Source: Methanomassiliicoccaceae archaeon
Lineage (GTDB): Archaea > Thermoplasmatota > Thermoplasmata > Methanomassiliicoccales > Methanomassiliicoccaceae
Direction of reading: 5' to 3'
Assembly (NCBI GenBank): GCA_040776945.1
Contig: JAXGZN010000001.1
Coordinates: 608,001-672,000, forward strand
Length of the DNA: 64,000 nucleotides
Shown here: positions 49,912 through 59,228 of the stretch, one piece after another
Position numbering within the stretch: position 1 is the stretch's first letter
Layout: every line of letters begins with the position of its first letter
The notes under the pieces: generated by a model
Told to the model about the DNA's origin: nothing
The model's database searches: none
What the model saw: the letters and a program-made list of their open reading frames with translations, nothing else
Position numbers and translations under genes: made by a program

Positions 49912-50542
49912 GGTTGCCGATCACGGCGAACCACAGCATCACCAGCTCGAACATTGAGAGATATATGCCGGCCCCGAGGTGGACCCATCCTGAGGTGAGG
50001 TACGCGGCCGCGTCGCTGGGAGGGGCGGAGCCGGTGAAGAGGACCATGAAGAACGCCTGGACGATGGGGGCTGCCGTCAAAAGCACGACGCGGTCGGCCC
50101 GGCCCAGCAGGCCGGCGTACAGCCGCCCCGCCCCGACCGCCTGAGATTGCGTGCCCATGTAGCTGGTGAGCAGCACGCCGATGATGGCCAGCATCCCGAT
50201 GTAGGGGTTGCACCACGCGCTGACCGCCACCGCGCCGATCATGACCACGTCGGAGTAGCGGTCCAGGATGTGATCGAGCAGGTCCCCGCGCTTCGAAGCC
50301 CGCCCGGTGATCCTCGCCACCTTTCCGTCCACCGCGTCGAGGAAGCCGCTGATCAGCACCGCCAGAGCCGACAGGGGCAGCAGCAGCTCCCAGCTCAGGG
50401 GACTGGCGAAGATAAGGAGTCCGGCCACGCAGGCCATGACGAAGGAGGCCCAGGAGATGGTATTGGGGTTGAACCTCGATAGCCGCTTCGCGCTCGGCAG
50501 CATGATGAACTCTACCTTGTCGCGCTTGGAATCTAGTACCAT
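49862..50542 (-). CDS. CDP-alcohol phosphatidyltransferase
   Basis: NPNTIS, DAVDGKVAR...SKRGDLLDHILDRYSD; start trimmed to ATG 50542. Confidence 0.93.
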   Translation of the reverse strand: MVLDSKRDKVEFIMLPSAKRLSRFNPNTISWASFVMACVAGLLIFASPLSWELLLPLSALAVLISGFLDAVDGKVARITGRASKRGDLLDHILDRYSDVVMIGAVAVSAWCNPYIGMLAIIGVLLTSYMGTQSQAVGAGRLYAGLLGRADRVVLLTAAPIVQAFFMVLFTGSAPPSDAAAYLTSGWVHLGAGIYLSMFELVMLWFAVIGNLTAVQRAMEIWKKVKD

Positions 50543-51060
50543 CCCAGAACCTCCTGGCTCCAGTCGATATTTCCCACGGCGTACTTTTCCCTTTCTCCTG
50601 CCAGGACGTCCTCGACGGCGTCGGCGACCTGGTCCTTGGACATCTCCGTGGTATCGATCTCCACCGTCTCCCGCTCGGACTCGACCGCCTCCACCAGGAT
50701 AACGTCCAGCGCCTCCGCTTCCATGTTCTCCCTGACCTTGGCGTCGGCCCATCCCCTGCCCATCAGGCGCTTCTCCAGCACAGAGGGGCGGCAGCGGAGG
50801 ACTATCACAAGCTCCGAGGGCACCAGGTGAGAGAGGTGCCCGATCAGCAGGACCTCACCGGCCGGCAGAAGCGCCGGAACACGGTCCGCGAGGACGTCAA
50901 CATCGACCTCGAGGCTGCCTCTCTCCTCGTCCACGCCCTCGTGCAGGCCATGCTCCCTGATGAGGTCGCCGAGCTCTACGACATGGCGGCCTCTCGCCCT
51001 GAGAGCAAGACCGGCGCTGCTCTTCCCCGTGCCCGGAGTGCCGGTGATGGAGATGATCAC
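50533..51060 (-). CDS. adenylate kinase AK6/Fap7 family
   Basis: ITGTPGTGKS, GHLSH, VLRCRP, KVRENMEAE. Confidence 0.93.
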   Translation of the reverse strand: MIISITGTPGTGKSSAGLALRARGRHVVELGDLIREHGLHEGVDEERGSLEVDVDVLADRVPALLPAGEVLLIGHLSHLVPSELVIVLRCRPSVLEKRLMGRGWADAKVRENMEAEALDVILVEAVESERETVEIDTTEMSKDQVADAVEDVLAGEREKYAVGNIDWSQEVLGWY

Positions 51061-51333
51061 GTGCGGAGGAACGGACGCCGTGCATAAAAAGGATTCATGA
51101 ACATTGAGGGGTTGCGGGGCTAAGCCCCTGACCCCGGTGCCCCGCGGACCTTCTTCCCATCTCAGCGATTCTCACGACGCTTGCCAAGGTATTAAACAGG
51201 TTTTAGAGCATGCTACACTTATCTTTTTATATTATGATCCTCGCGGAGATGGTGCCAGCAGCATGTTCTTCAACGAGCGCCTGTCCAACAGCCCCTGAGA
51301 GCGGCCTCGAGCAGATGCGAGTGACGGGAAACA

Positions 51334-52146
51334 TCAGCTTCGAGACCCCGGCCCGGCCTGACATCGCATGAAGAGCTCGTCGGCGAAGCCCAGTCGGCCG
51401 AAGGCGTCCAGACGGTACGCCTCGGCCCGCCGGCGCATGGTCGGGGGGCACTCGACGGCGAAGGGGAAGGGATACTCGACGTCCATCAGCGTCAGGTTCT
51501 CGGCGGGAGCGAGGCCGAAGCTCACGTCCCTTCCGTCCAGCGCGGAGCGGACCTCCTCCACGCTCGCCCTGCCCTCCCCGGCCTTGATCATGGCCGCGAC
51601 CATCCTGCGCACCATGTTGCGGAGGAACTCCCTGCCCCTGATGTCGATGATCAGCATGCCCTTCTCCTCCCGCACCGTGACGCTCTCCATTGTCTTGATG
51701 GTGGAACGGCCGTCAGGCTTGCAGAAACGCCGGAAATCGTGCCGCCCCTGCAGGGCATCCCCGCATTCGATCACCTTCGTGACGTCCAGATCGCCGGCCG
51801 GAAGGACGTACCGGTACCAACGGCCTTTGGCCCTCCGGGGGCTGAAGGCAGACGGCACGTCGGCAACGCCGTAAACGTAGAGGTCCTCGACGGCCGAGTT
51901 GACCGCCCTGAGCAGCTCGGTCCGGGGAAAGTTGGTATCGAAGGCGGCGACGTTCCCCAGCGCGCTGACCCCCCGGTCGGTGCGGCTGGCGAAGCGGAAG
52001 CGGGAGGCGGCGACCGAGCCGAAGGCCTTCACTTCCAGGAGAGCGGCGATGAGCTCCGATTCCACGGTGCGCTCCCCCGGCTGCCTCTGGGAGCCCATGA
52101 ACGCCCGCCCGTCGTAGGCGAGCTTGACGGCGGCGCGCCAGACCAC
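51334..52146 (-). CDS. truA: tRNA pseudouridine(38-40) synthase
   Basis: KLAYDG..FMGSQRQP..RTVE, ASRTDRGVSA, GRHDF, FLRNMVRR; GTG start at 52146 inferred. Confidence 0.93.
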   Translation of the reverse strand: MVWRAAVKLAYDGRAFMGSQRQPGERTVESELIAALLEVKAFGSVAASRFRFASRTDRGVSALGNVAAFDTNFPRTELLRAVNSAVEDLYVYGVADVPSAFSPRRAKGRWYRYVLPAGDLDVTKVIECGDALQGRHDFRRFCKPDGRSTIKTMESVTVREEKGMLIIDIRGREFLRNMVRRMVAAMIKAGEGRASVEEVRSALDGRDVSFGLAPAENLTLMDVEYPFPFAVECPPTMRRRAEAYRLDAFGRLGFADELFMRCQAGPGSRS

Positions 52147-52188
52147 GTCAGGATTAAGTAGAACTGGCCTATTAATGGTTCCGAGGGC

Positions 52189-52899
52189 ATGGGCGATTTC
52201 AGGGTCGTTCTGGTCGAGCCAGAACATGAAGGGAACGTCGGGGCGGTGGCCCGGGCGATGGGCAACTTCGCCTTCGACGACCTGTGCATGGTCAACCCCT
52301 GCCCCCTCGGGGACGAGGCGCTCAAGCGGGCGAAGCATGCCGGGCATATTCTCAGCAAAGCGGCCATTGTCGACACTCTCGATGAGGCGGTCAAGGGATG
52401 CTCCCTCGTGGTGGGGACGACCGGCGTGGTGACCCACGGCCCGAGGCGGTACATCCGGATACCGATGCCCGCGCGCGAGCTCGCGGCGAAGACCGCGGGC
52501 TACGAGGGGCGCATCGCCCTGCTGTTCGGCCGCGAGGGCCTCGGGCTCACGCAGGACGAGCTGGCAAGGTGCGATCTGCTGGCCCATGTGCCATCGAGCG
52601 ATGAATACCCCACTTTGAACCTGTCGCACGCGGTGAGCATCGTTCTCTACGAGCTGTACCAGACCCGCGGCCACCGCCTATCCAGGAACCCGGTGTCCTC
52701 GGAGGAGGAGCGCGAGCTCCTGCACAAGTACTTCGCTCGCCTCCTGGTGGCGATCGACTACCCCGAGTTTCGCAGAGAGAACACCGCGACGATGTTCCGC
52801 CGGATGATGGGCCGGAGCGTCCCGACCAAGTGGGAGTTCTACACCATCATGGGCGTCATCGGGGATGCTGCCAGGATCATCGAGAAGCACAAGAGGTGA
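52189..52899 (+). CDS. trmJ: TrmJ-family SPOUT RNA methyltransferase
   Basis: VVLVEPEHEGNVGAVARAMGNF, LFGREGLGL, YPTLNLSHAV. Confidence 0.92.
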   Translation: MGDFRVVLVEPEHEGNVGAVARAMGNFAFDDLCMVNPCPLGDEALKRAKHAGHILSKAAIVDTLDEAVKGCSLVVGTTGVVTHGPRRYIRIPMPARELAAKTAGYEGRIALLFGREGLGLTQDELARCDLLAHVPSSDEYPTLNLSHAVSIVLYELYQTRGHRLSRNPVSSEEERELLHKYFARLLVAIDYPEFRRENTATMFRRMMGRSVPTKWEFYTIMGVIGDAARIIEKHKR

Positions 52900-53943
52900 T
52901 CAGTACCTTCGAGGCTGGGCGACCAGCTCCTCTAGGGTGTCGTCCAGCTCCTTTCGCTCCTTGGAACGCTTCCCCTCCTTGGGCGCCAGCTCCCGGATGC
53001 CGGTGATCACCGCCATCACCCTGATGATGTCCTTGCACTCTGGGTCGACCCTAGCTCCAAAGATCACCTGGGCCTCGGGGTCCAGTTGCTCGCTCATGCC
53101 CGTGAGGACCCTGGTCGCCTTCTTCACCGAGAGCTTCTCGCCCCCGGTCACGTGGATCAACGCGCCGGTAGCGCCCTCGTAGTCGATCTCCAGCAGGGGG
53201 TTGCTCAGCGCCTCGCGCACCGCTCCCTCGGGGTCGGTGCTCTCGCCGTACAGGATGGTGGACACGCCCTTGTGGCGCATAATGGTCCTCAGGTCCGCGA
53301 AGTCCAGGTTCACCAGCGAGGGCATGGTGACCGCCTCGACCAACCCCTTGATGATCTCCGAGACCAACTGGTCCATGACCCCGAAGCCCTGCTCCATGGG
53401 CAGGTGATTGACCATGTCCAGCAGGCGGTTGTTGTCCAGGAGCAGCATCATGTCGGAGTTCTCGTTCAGCCTACTGATGCCTTGGCGCGCAGATGACATC
53501 CTCCGGCCGCGCTCGAACTCGAACGGCGTGGTGGCCATCGATATCACCAGGGAACCGTTCCTCCTCGCCTGCCTGGCCACCACGGGCGCGGCACCTGTCC
53601 CGGTGCCGCCGCCCAGGCCCACGGTGATGAAGGTGAGGTCGGCGTCCTGGAGGATCGCGTTCAGCGGTTCCAGGGCGTTCTCCATGCACGCCTCCCCCAC
53701 GTCAGGGATGCCTCCGGCACCGAGGCCGCGGGTGACCTGGCTACCGATGAGCAGTCTCTGGTCGGCGTTGATGGTCCGGAGGTGGCTCTTGTCGGTGTTG
53801 ACCGCCACGGTCTTGACGCCGCGTATACCGATGCTCATCAGGCGATGCACGCTGTTGCAGCCGCCTCCGCCGCACCCGATGACCAGTATCTTTAGGTCTG
53901 CGCATTCTCGACGCAGTTCCTCCTCGGTATCGCTTGGACTCAC
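52900..53943 (-). CDS. ftsZ: cell division protein FtsZ (FtsZ2 type by context)
   Basis: GCGGGGCN, GLGGGTGTG, NLDFAD; downstream of an RHH gene as in cdrS-ftsZ2 operons. Confidence 0.93.
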   Translation of the reverse strand: MSPSDTEEELRRECADLKILVIGCGGGGCNSVHRLMSIGIRGVKTVAVNTDKSHLRTINADQRLLIGSQVTRGLGAGGIPDVGEACMENALEPLNAILQDADLTFITVGLGGGTGTGAAPVVARQARRNGSLVISMATTPFEFERGRRMSSARQGISRLNENSDMMLLLDNNRLLDMVNHLPMEQGFGVMDQLVSEIIKGLVEAVTMPSLVNLDFADLRTIMRHKGVSTILYGESTDPEGAVREALSNPLLEIDYEGATGALIHVTGGEKLSVKKATRVLTGMSEQLDPEAQVIFGARVDPECKDIIRVMAVITGIRELAPKEGKRSKERKELDDTLEELVAQPRRY

Positions 53944-53983
53944 AGGACCGCCTCCGCTCTCATCCCGGAAGGGATGGACGCGG

Positions 53984-54292
53984 CTAGTGACCTTCCTCCA
54001 TCTTGGTCAGCCTTCTTCTCGTGTACTCTCTCACCGCGTTCCTTATCGCATCATCGATGGAGACCGAATCCCCATCTTTCACCAGGCACTCGAGCTCCAC
54101 CACGTTGCCCTTCGGCAGCTCCACGGTCACCCTCTCGATGTGCTCCGGGGTGAAGTTGCTCTCCACGAAGCTGTCAATGGCCGCGCGGATGGCGTCAGAG
54201 ATTGTGGGGAACCTGCCCTCCTTGACAAGTAAGCCCAGCGCCTCGACCTTGTCGCTCGGTATCCTGATGGTGATCCTTTCCGTCTCGCTCAT
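53984..54292 (-). CDS. cdrS: CdrS-like regulator with two tandem ribbon-helix-helix units
   Basis: ERITIRIP...LVKEG.FPTISDAIR.AI and ERVTVELP...LVKDG...SIDDAIRNAV; upstream of ftsZ2. Confidence 0.85.
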   Translation of the reverse strand: MSETERITIRIPSDKVEALGLLVKEGRFPTISDAIRAAIDSFVESNFTPEHIERVTVELPKGNVVELECLVKDGDSVSIDDAIRNAVREYTRRRLTKMEEGH

Positions 54293-54310
54293 GCTTACCG
54301 CTCGAGAGTA

Positions 54311-54341
54311 TGTCCGACGATATTGACAATTTTGTCGGACA
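54311..54341. promoter_or_regulatory. inverted repeat, candidate CdrS operator
   Basis: TGTCCGAC-N15-GTCGGACA between the AT-rich promoter region and the cdrS start. Confidence 0.5.
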
Positions 54342-54538
54342 ATCGTCATTATAGTATATTGACTATATAAGATTATAGAGCCGGCTCTCAGATAGCCAGC
54401 GGGACGGCCGACCATTAGGCCTCATTTATTCATATGATCGTATCAAAACTCTCGCCGGCCGGTGGCGTCGGACGCCGAGCTTCCGGGGAAGGATCGAGCG
54501 CTCTGTCCGTCTGGACTGTCCTTTCATACTTAAGCTAA

Positions 54539-54567
54539 CGCAAAAGCTTTATAAAGGTATATAAATA
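54539..54567 (+). promoter_or_regulatory. BRE/TATA promoter of tbp
   Basis: cgcaaaagcTTTATAAAggtatataaa, with GGTGA SD before ATG 54587. Confidence 0.7.
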
Positions 54568-54586
54568 CGCAGGTCCAGGTGACCTT

Positions 54587-55135
54587 ATGGCCAAGATAAA
54601 AATCGAGAACGTCGTCGCTTCCACGTCCCTGGGTGAGGAGCTTGACCTGCAGGCGATCGCTCTGGCCCTGGAGGGCGCGGAGTACGAGCCGGAGCAGTTC
54701 CCCGGTCTTATCTACAGATTGAAGGAGCCTAAGACCGCGACCCTGCTGTTCCGGAGCGGCAAGGTCGTGTGCACCGGGGCCAAGAGCCTGGAGCATGTGA
54801 AGGTGGCCATCAACAAGGTCGCCAAGCAGATCGAGAAGGCCGGCATCAAGATCAAGATGGAGCCTAAGGTCGAGGTCCAGAACATCGTCGCCTCCTCCGA
54901 CCTCGGCCAGGAGATCAATTTGAACGCGATAGCGATATCGCTTGGCCTGGAGCGCGTGGAGTACGAGCCGGAGCAGTTCCCCGGCCTGGTGTATCGCTTG
55001 GACGAGCCGAAGGTCGTCGTCCTCCTGTTCGGCTCCGGAAAGCTCGTGTGCACTGGCGCGAGGAAGCCGCAGGACGTCGAGGCCGCGGTCAGCAAGATCA
55101 CCGAGGAACTCAAGGCGGCGGGGCTGCTGCGCTGA
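54587..55135 (+). CDS. tbp: TATA-box binding protein
   Basis: IENVVAS, YEPEQFPGL twice, LLF.SGK.VCTGA twice. Confidence 0.98.
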   Translation: MAKIKIENVVASTSLGEELDLQAIALALEGAEYEPEQFPGLIYRLKEPKTATLLFRSGKVVCTGAKSLEHVKVAINKVAKQIEKAGIKIKMEPKVEVQNIVASSDLGQEINLNAIAISLGLERVEYEPEQFPGLVYRLDEPKVVVLLFGSGKLVCTGARKPQDVEAAVSKITEELKAAGLLR

Positions 55136-55974
55136 GCGCCTTAACGGTTTTCGACAACCATATTCACCTCCAGCCCTCCGGAGGGGGGGTGGAGGCTATG
55201 AAGGTCTTTTTTCGGGCAGGGGGGACGCACGCGGTGCTCTGCCATCTGCCATATGCCGAGGTGCCCATCGGCTCCGGCGCGGACTTCGCGGAATCGTACC
55301 GCATCACCCTGAGGATGGCGGAAAGGGTGAACGGCGAGACGGACGCCAGGGTCTTCGCCTGCGTAGGGCCGTATCCGATGCTGCTCATCGGCCTGGCGGA
55401 GCGTTTCGGCCTTGAGCGTGCGGTGGACATCATGAAGGCCGGGATGGAGGAGGCGCAGACGCTGGTGCTCGAAAGAAGGGCGGTAGCGATAGGAGAGATC
55501 GGAAGGCCTCACTTCCCGGTGAGCGCGGGCATCATGGATGCATCGAACGACATAATGCGCTACGGGATGGAGCTGGCCAGGGAGGCGTCCTGCCCGGTGG
55601 TCCTGCACACCGAGAGCGCCGATCCCGCGGTCATGGCCGATCTGGCACGAATCGCTGACCGCGCCGGGCTGGGCAGGGAGAGGGTCATCAAGCACTACTC
55701 ACCGCCGCTGGTGCTGGAGGAGGAGAACCATGGGCTGTTCCCGTCGGTCCTCGCCAGCAGGCAGGCGGTCCTCGAGGCCCTGTCCAAGGGCGACCGGTTC
55801 GTCATGGAGACCGATTTTCTGGACGACCCGTCCCGCCCCGGTGCGGTGATGAGCATCAACACCGTTCCGAAGCGGACCAAGGCCCTGCTGTCGTCCGGAG
55901 AGCTGAGCGTGGAGCGGGCGATGCGCATCCACAAGGACAATCCAGAGCGGCTTTACGGCATAACGCTGGAATGA
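55132..55974 (+). CDS. TatD-related metal-dependent hydrolase (archaeal COG1831-like)
   Basis: DNHIHL, AIGEIGRPHF, VLHTES, VIKHY, METDFLDDP.RPGAV; start probably CTG 55132. Confidence 0.88.
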   Translation: MSALTVFDNHIHLQPSGGGVEAMKVFFRAGGTHAVLCHLPYAEVPIGSGADFAESYRITLRMAERVNGETDARVFACVGPYPMLLIGLAERFGLERAVDIMKAGMEEAQTLVLERRAVAIGEIGRPHFPVSAGIMDASNDIMRYGMELAREASCPVVLHTESADPAVMADLARIADRAGLGRERVIKHYSPPLVLEEENHGLFPSVLASRQAVLEALSKGDRFVMETDFLDDPSRPGAVMSINTVPKRTKALLSSGELSVERAMRIHKDNPERLYGITLE

Positions 55975-55975
55975 C

Positions 55976-56251
55976 CTAGTGGCGGATGGAGAAGGAGTCG
56001 AAATCCCCTGTGCCCGGAGACCAGTCCACGACGAACCGCTCCACCTCGGCGACCGGGTGCTCAGAGCACAGTCTGTGTACGACCCGCTCGATGTCCGGCC
56101 TCTCGCCCTCGAACACCGCCTCCACCGACCCGTCCGGCAGGTTGCGGACCCAGCCATGAACGCCAGCGGCGATCGCATATCGCCGGGCATAGGCGCGGAA
56201 GGACACTCCCTGGACCTTCCCATAGAACCTCACCTCGGCCCTCGCTATCAT
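55976..56251 (-). CDS. acyP: acylphosphatase
   Basis: GKVQGVSFR, GWVRNLPDGSVEAVFEG; start trimmed to ATG 56251. Confidence 0.94.
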   Translation of the reverse strand: MIARAEVRFYGKVQGVSFRAYARRYAIAAGVHGWVRNLPDGSVEAVFEGERPDIERVVHRLCSEHPVAEVERFVVDWSPGTGDFDSFSIRH

Positions 56252-56513
56252 ATACTGGTGATGGGCCGGGCTTCCTATGTAAGTGTTGGGCTGGCCGTCC
56301 CTTCCGGTGAGCGGTGGTGCCTGACGCCGCGTTCCGGTCCACGGCCTTCCGGCTTCGTCGAGGCCTCCCCGCAGTTCTCCGGCGATGGAACGAAACGGCC
56401 TGTCGTCCATTCGCCCGATCGCGGAGAGGGCTCTCCCTGGGTGTGAGAAGATAAAAATCCTGTGTCAATTTATTAATACCTAAAATGGGATTTTACCGAA
56501 CAAGGGATGCACT

Positions 56514-57647
56514 ATGAAATCTTTGGTCGAGGAAGCGCTGGCTAGAGAGAGCGCTACCGGAGGCTCGTTCGGGCCCTCGGTCGCGCCCATAAGACCTGGC
56601 GTCCAGCAGGCGAGCTCCGCGGACGCGGAACTACTGGACCTTCTGCAGAAGCTTAAGACGAACATCAAGATCATCGGCTGCGGGGGCGGCGGATCGAACA
56701 CCATCAACAGGATAGCCCAGGAAGGCATCACCGGTGCCGAGCTGTATGCCGCGAACACCGACGCCCAGCACCTGCTGGCGGTGCGCTCGCCTCACAAGGT
56801 GCTGCTGGGCCGCAGGTCCACCCGGGGCCTCGGGGCCGGAGCGCTCCCCAAGGTCGGGGAGGAGTCGGCCATGGAAGCTGAGGAGGAGCTCCGCAAGGCC
56901 CTCATCGACGCCAACATCGTGTTCGTCACCGCGGGCATGGGCGGCGGCACCGGGACCGGATCGGCGCCCTATGTGGCCAAGATCGCCAAGGACATCGGCG
57001 CGCTGACCATCGCCGTGACCACCCTGCCCTTCAGGGGCGAGGGGAAGATGAGGATGGAGAACGCCGAGTGGGGGCTGGAACGGCTGAGGAACGCGGCCGA
57101 TACTGTGATCGTGATCCCCAACGACAAGCTGCTGGAGCTGTGCCCGAGGCTGTCCATCAACGCTGCGTTCAAGGTCGCGGACGAGGTCCTTATGCGCGCC
57201 ATCAAGGGCATCACCGAGCTGATAACGAAACCCGGCCTGGTCAACCTGGACTTCAACGATGTCAAGACCATCATGAAGGGCGCCGGCGTGGCCATGATCG
57301 GATTGGGAGAGAGCAACGGGCAGACCGAGGACCGGGCCATGGAGGCGATCGAGGATGCCCTGAACTCGCCGCTGCTGGACGTGGACATAGGCTCCGCCAC
57401 CGGAGTGCTGGTTAACGTCGTCGGCGGAGGGGACATGACCATCCAGGAGGCGCAGAAGGTGGCCGAGGTGCTCCAGTCCAAGGTGCAGCCGAGCGCGCGC
57501 ATCATCTGGGGCGCCGCCATAGACCCCACCCTCGATCATAAGATCAGGGTCATGGTGGTCATCACCGGGGTCAAGTCAAAGCAGATCCTCGGCCGCGCGA
57601 GGGAGACCTCGAGGCTGAAGGACACGGACGTCGACTTCATCAAGTGA
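56514..57647 (+). CDS. ftsZ: cell division protein FtsZ (FtsZ1 type, copy a)
   Basis: [37 protein letters not shown]. Confidence 0.96.
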   Translation: MKSLVEEALARESATGGSFGPSVAPIRPGVQQASSADAELLDLLQKLKTNIKIIGCGGGGSNTINRIAQEGITGAELYAANTDAQHLLAVRSPHKVLLGRRSTRGLGAGALPKVGEESAMEAEEELRKALIDANIVFVTAGMGGGTGTGSAPYVAKIAKDIGALTIAVTTLPFRGEGKMRMENAEWGLERLRNAADTVIVIPNDKLLELCPRLSINAAFKVADEVLMRAIKGITELITKPGLVNLDFNDVKTIMKGAGVAMIGLGESNGQTEDRAMEAIEDALNSPLLDVDIGSATGVLVNVVGGGDMTIQEAQKVAEVLQSKVQPSARIIWGAAIDPTLDHKIRVMVVITGVKSKQILGRARETSRLKDTDVDFIK

Positions 57648-57682
57648 GCGGGCATGGATGAGGATCTAGCATAGCGCACCTC

Positions 57683-57710
57683 CGGGCCGGGGCCCTCCCG
57701 GCCCGTTTTT
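57683..57710 (+). terminator. hairpin plus T-tract between the two ftsZ1 copies
   Basis: CGGGCCGGG-gccct-CCCGGCCCG followed by TTTTT. Confidence 0.6.
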
Positions 57711-57748
57711 GCCCCGACCAGATAATGTCTGGAACGTGTGACTGGCAC

Positions 57749-57770
57749 CGAAACCTTTTAAACTATAAAT
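57749..57770 (+). promoter_or_regulatory. BRE/TATA promoter for ftsZ1 copy b and the secE-spt5 cluster
   Basis: CGAAAccTTTTAAActataaat upstream of ATG 57835. Confidence 0.65.
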
Positions 57771-57834
57771 GCTTCTTAACCCTCGCCCGGGCTACCAGTA
57801 TTGATTAGGCTGGCCTTGCCCAGGAGGGCTTATA

Positions 57835-58941
57835 ATGAAGTCATTCCTCAGTGACGCCATATCCCGCGCTGGTGCCCAGGGCGGGGATCTCGGTCCCACC
57901 TACAGCAACGAGTACTCCTCGGCCGACCAGGAGCTAGTACGGATACTGGAGAGCCTGAAGACCAACATCAAGATCATCGGCTGCGGGGGCGGAGGAACCA
58001 ACACCATCGACCGGCTCTCCGAGGTGGGCATCATGGGGGCCGAGATCTACGCCGCGAACACCGACGCCCAGCACCTGCTGGCGGTGCGATCGCCGCACAA
58101 GCTTCTCCTCGGCCGAAGGTCGACGAGGGGGCTCGGGGCCGGGGCGCTGCCCCAGGTGGGAGAGGAAGCGGCCAGGGAAGCAGAGGATGAGCTGAGGAAG
58201 ATCCTGACCGGATCGGACATCGTCTTCGTCACCGCGGGCATGGGCGGCGGCACCGGGACCGGATCGGCGCCCTACGTTGCCAAGCTCGCCAAGGACATGG
58301 GCGCGCTGACCATCGCGGTGGTCACCTACCCGTTCAAGGCCGAAGGGGTCATCCGCTCGGAGAACGCTGAGTGGGGATTGGAGAAGCTCAGGCAGGCGGC
58401 GGACACCGTCATCGTGGTGCCGAACGACAAGCTGCTGGAGCTGTGCCCCCGGTTGGCGCTGAACGCCGCGTTCAAGGTGGCGGACGAGGTTCTGGTCCGC
58501 GCCATCAAGGGCATCACCGAGCTGATAACGAAACCCGGCCTGGTCAACCTGGACTTCAATGATCTGAAGACGATCATGAAGGGTGCCGGCGTGGCCATGA
58601 TCGGCATGGGAGAAGGTGACGATGATGACCGCGTCGAGCACGCGATCGGCGAGGCCATCAACTCTCCGCTCATAGACGTGGACATATCCGGCGCCACCGG
58701 CGCCCTGGTCAACGTGAGCGGCGGCGACAACATGAGCATCTCCGAGGCGGAGAAGGTCGCCGAGATCATCCAGAGCAAGATCGCCCCCAACGCTAGGATC
58801 ATCTGGGGAGCGGCGGTCGACCCCACCCTCAGGGACACTGTCAGGGTCATGGTGGTCATCACCGGGGTCAAATCGAAGAACATCATCGGTCCGCGCGAGG
58901 AAAGGTCCAAAAGGGTGGTAGACGTCGACTTTATTAAGTAG
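57835..58941 (+). CDS. ftsZ: cell division protein FtsZ (FtsZ1 type, copy b)
   Basis: Same motifs as copy a; directly upstream of secE-spt5 as is usual for archaeal ftsZ1. Confidence 0.96.
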   Translation: MKSFLSDAISRAGAQGGDLGPTYSNEYSSADQELVRILESLKTNIKIIGCGGGGTNTIDRLSEVGIMGAEIYAANTDAQHLLAVRSPHKLLLGRRSTRGLGAGALPQVGEEAAREAEDELRKILTGSDIVFVTAGMGGGTGTGSAPYVAKLAKDMGALTIAVVTYPFKAEGVIRSENAEWGLEKLRQAADTVIVVPNDKLLELCPRLALNAAFKVADEVLVRAIKGITELITKPGLVNLDFNDLKTIMKGAGVAMIGMGEGDDDDRVEHAIGEAINSPLIDVDISGATGALVNVSGGDNMSISEAEKVAEIIQSKIAPNARIIWGAAVDPTLRDTVRVMVVITGVKSKNIIGPREERSKRVVDVDFIK

Positions 58942-58987
58942 TTGTCTCTAACCTACCGCACGAATCACCACCGAAGGGTGTCATAAG

Positions 58988-59212
58988 ATGGACGTTGTGG
59001 AGAAGTCCTGGGAAGTCCAAAAGGACATCGAGGAGCGGGTCCAGAGGATCGGCAAGGGCAAGTACGGCCGAGTCATCAAGATGGCCCGCAAGCCCTCCAC
59101 CGATGAGTACATCAAGGTCGTCCAGATCACCGGTCTCGGCCTTCTGCTTATCGGCGGGGTAGGCTTTCTCATCTACTGGTTGATGACGTACCTCCCAACG
59201 TACTTCGGCTGA
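58988..59212 (+). CDS. secE: protein translocase SecE/Sec61-gamma
   Basis: [16 protein letters not shown] followed by a TM with [15 protein letters not shown]. Confidence 0.94.
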   Translation: MDVVEKSWEVQKDIEERVQRIGKGKYGRVIKMARKPSTDEYIKVVQITGLGLLLIGGVGFLIYWLMTYLPTYFG

Positions 59213-59228
59213 CCAGCCTCGTTCAGGA

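Noticed and set aside
52147-52674. Long N-terminal extension of the truA ORF
   Set aside because: Antisense overlap with trmJ; TruA motifs start at 52146
54680-55060. Direct repeat within tbp
   Set aside because: Known internal two-fold repeat of TBP
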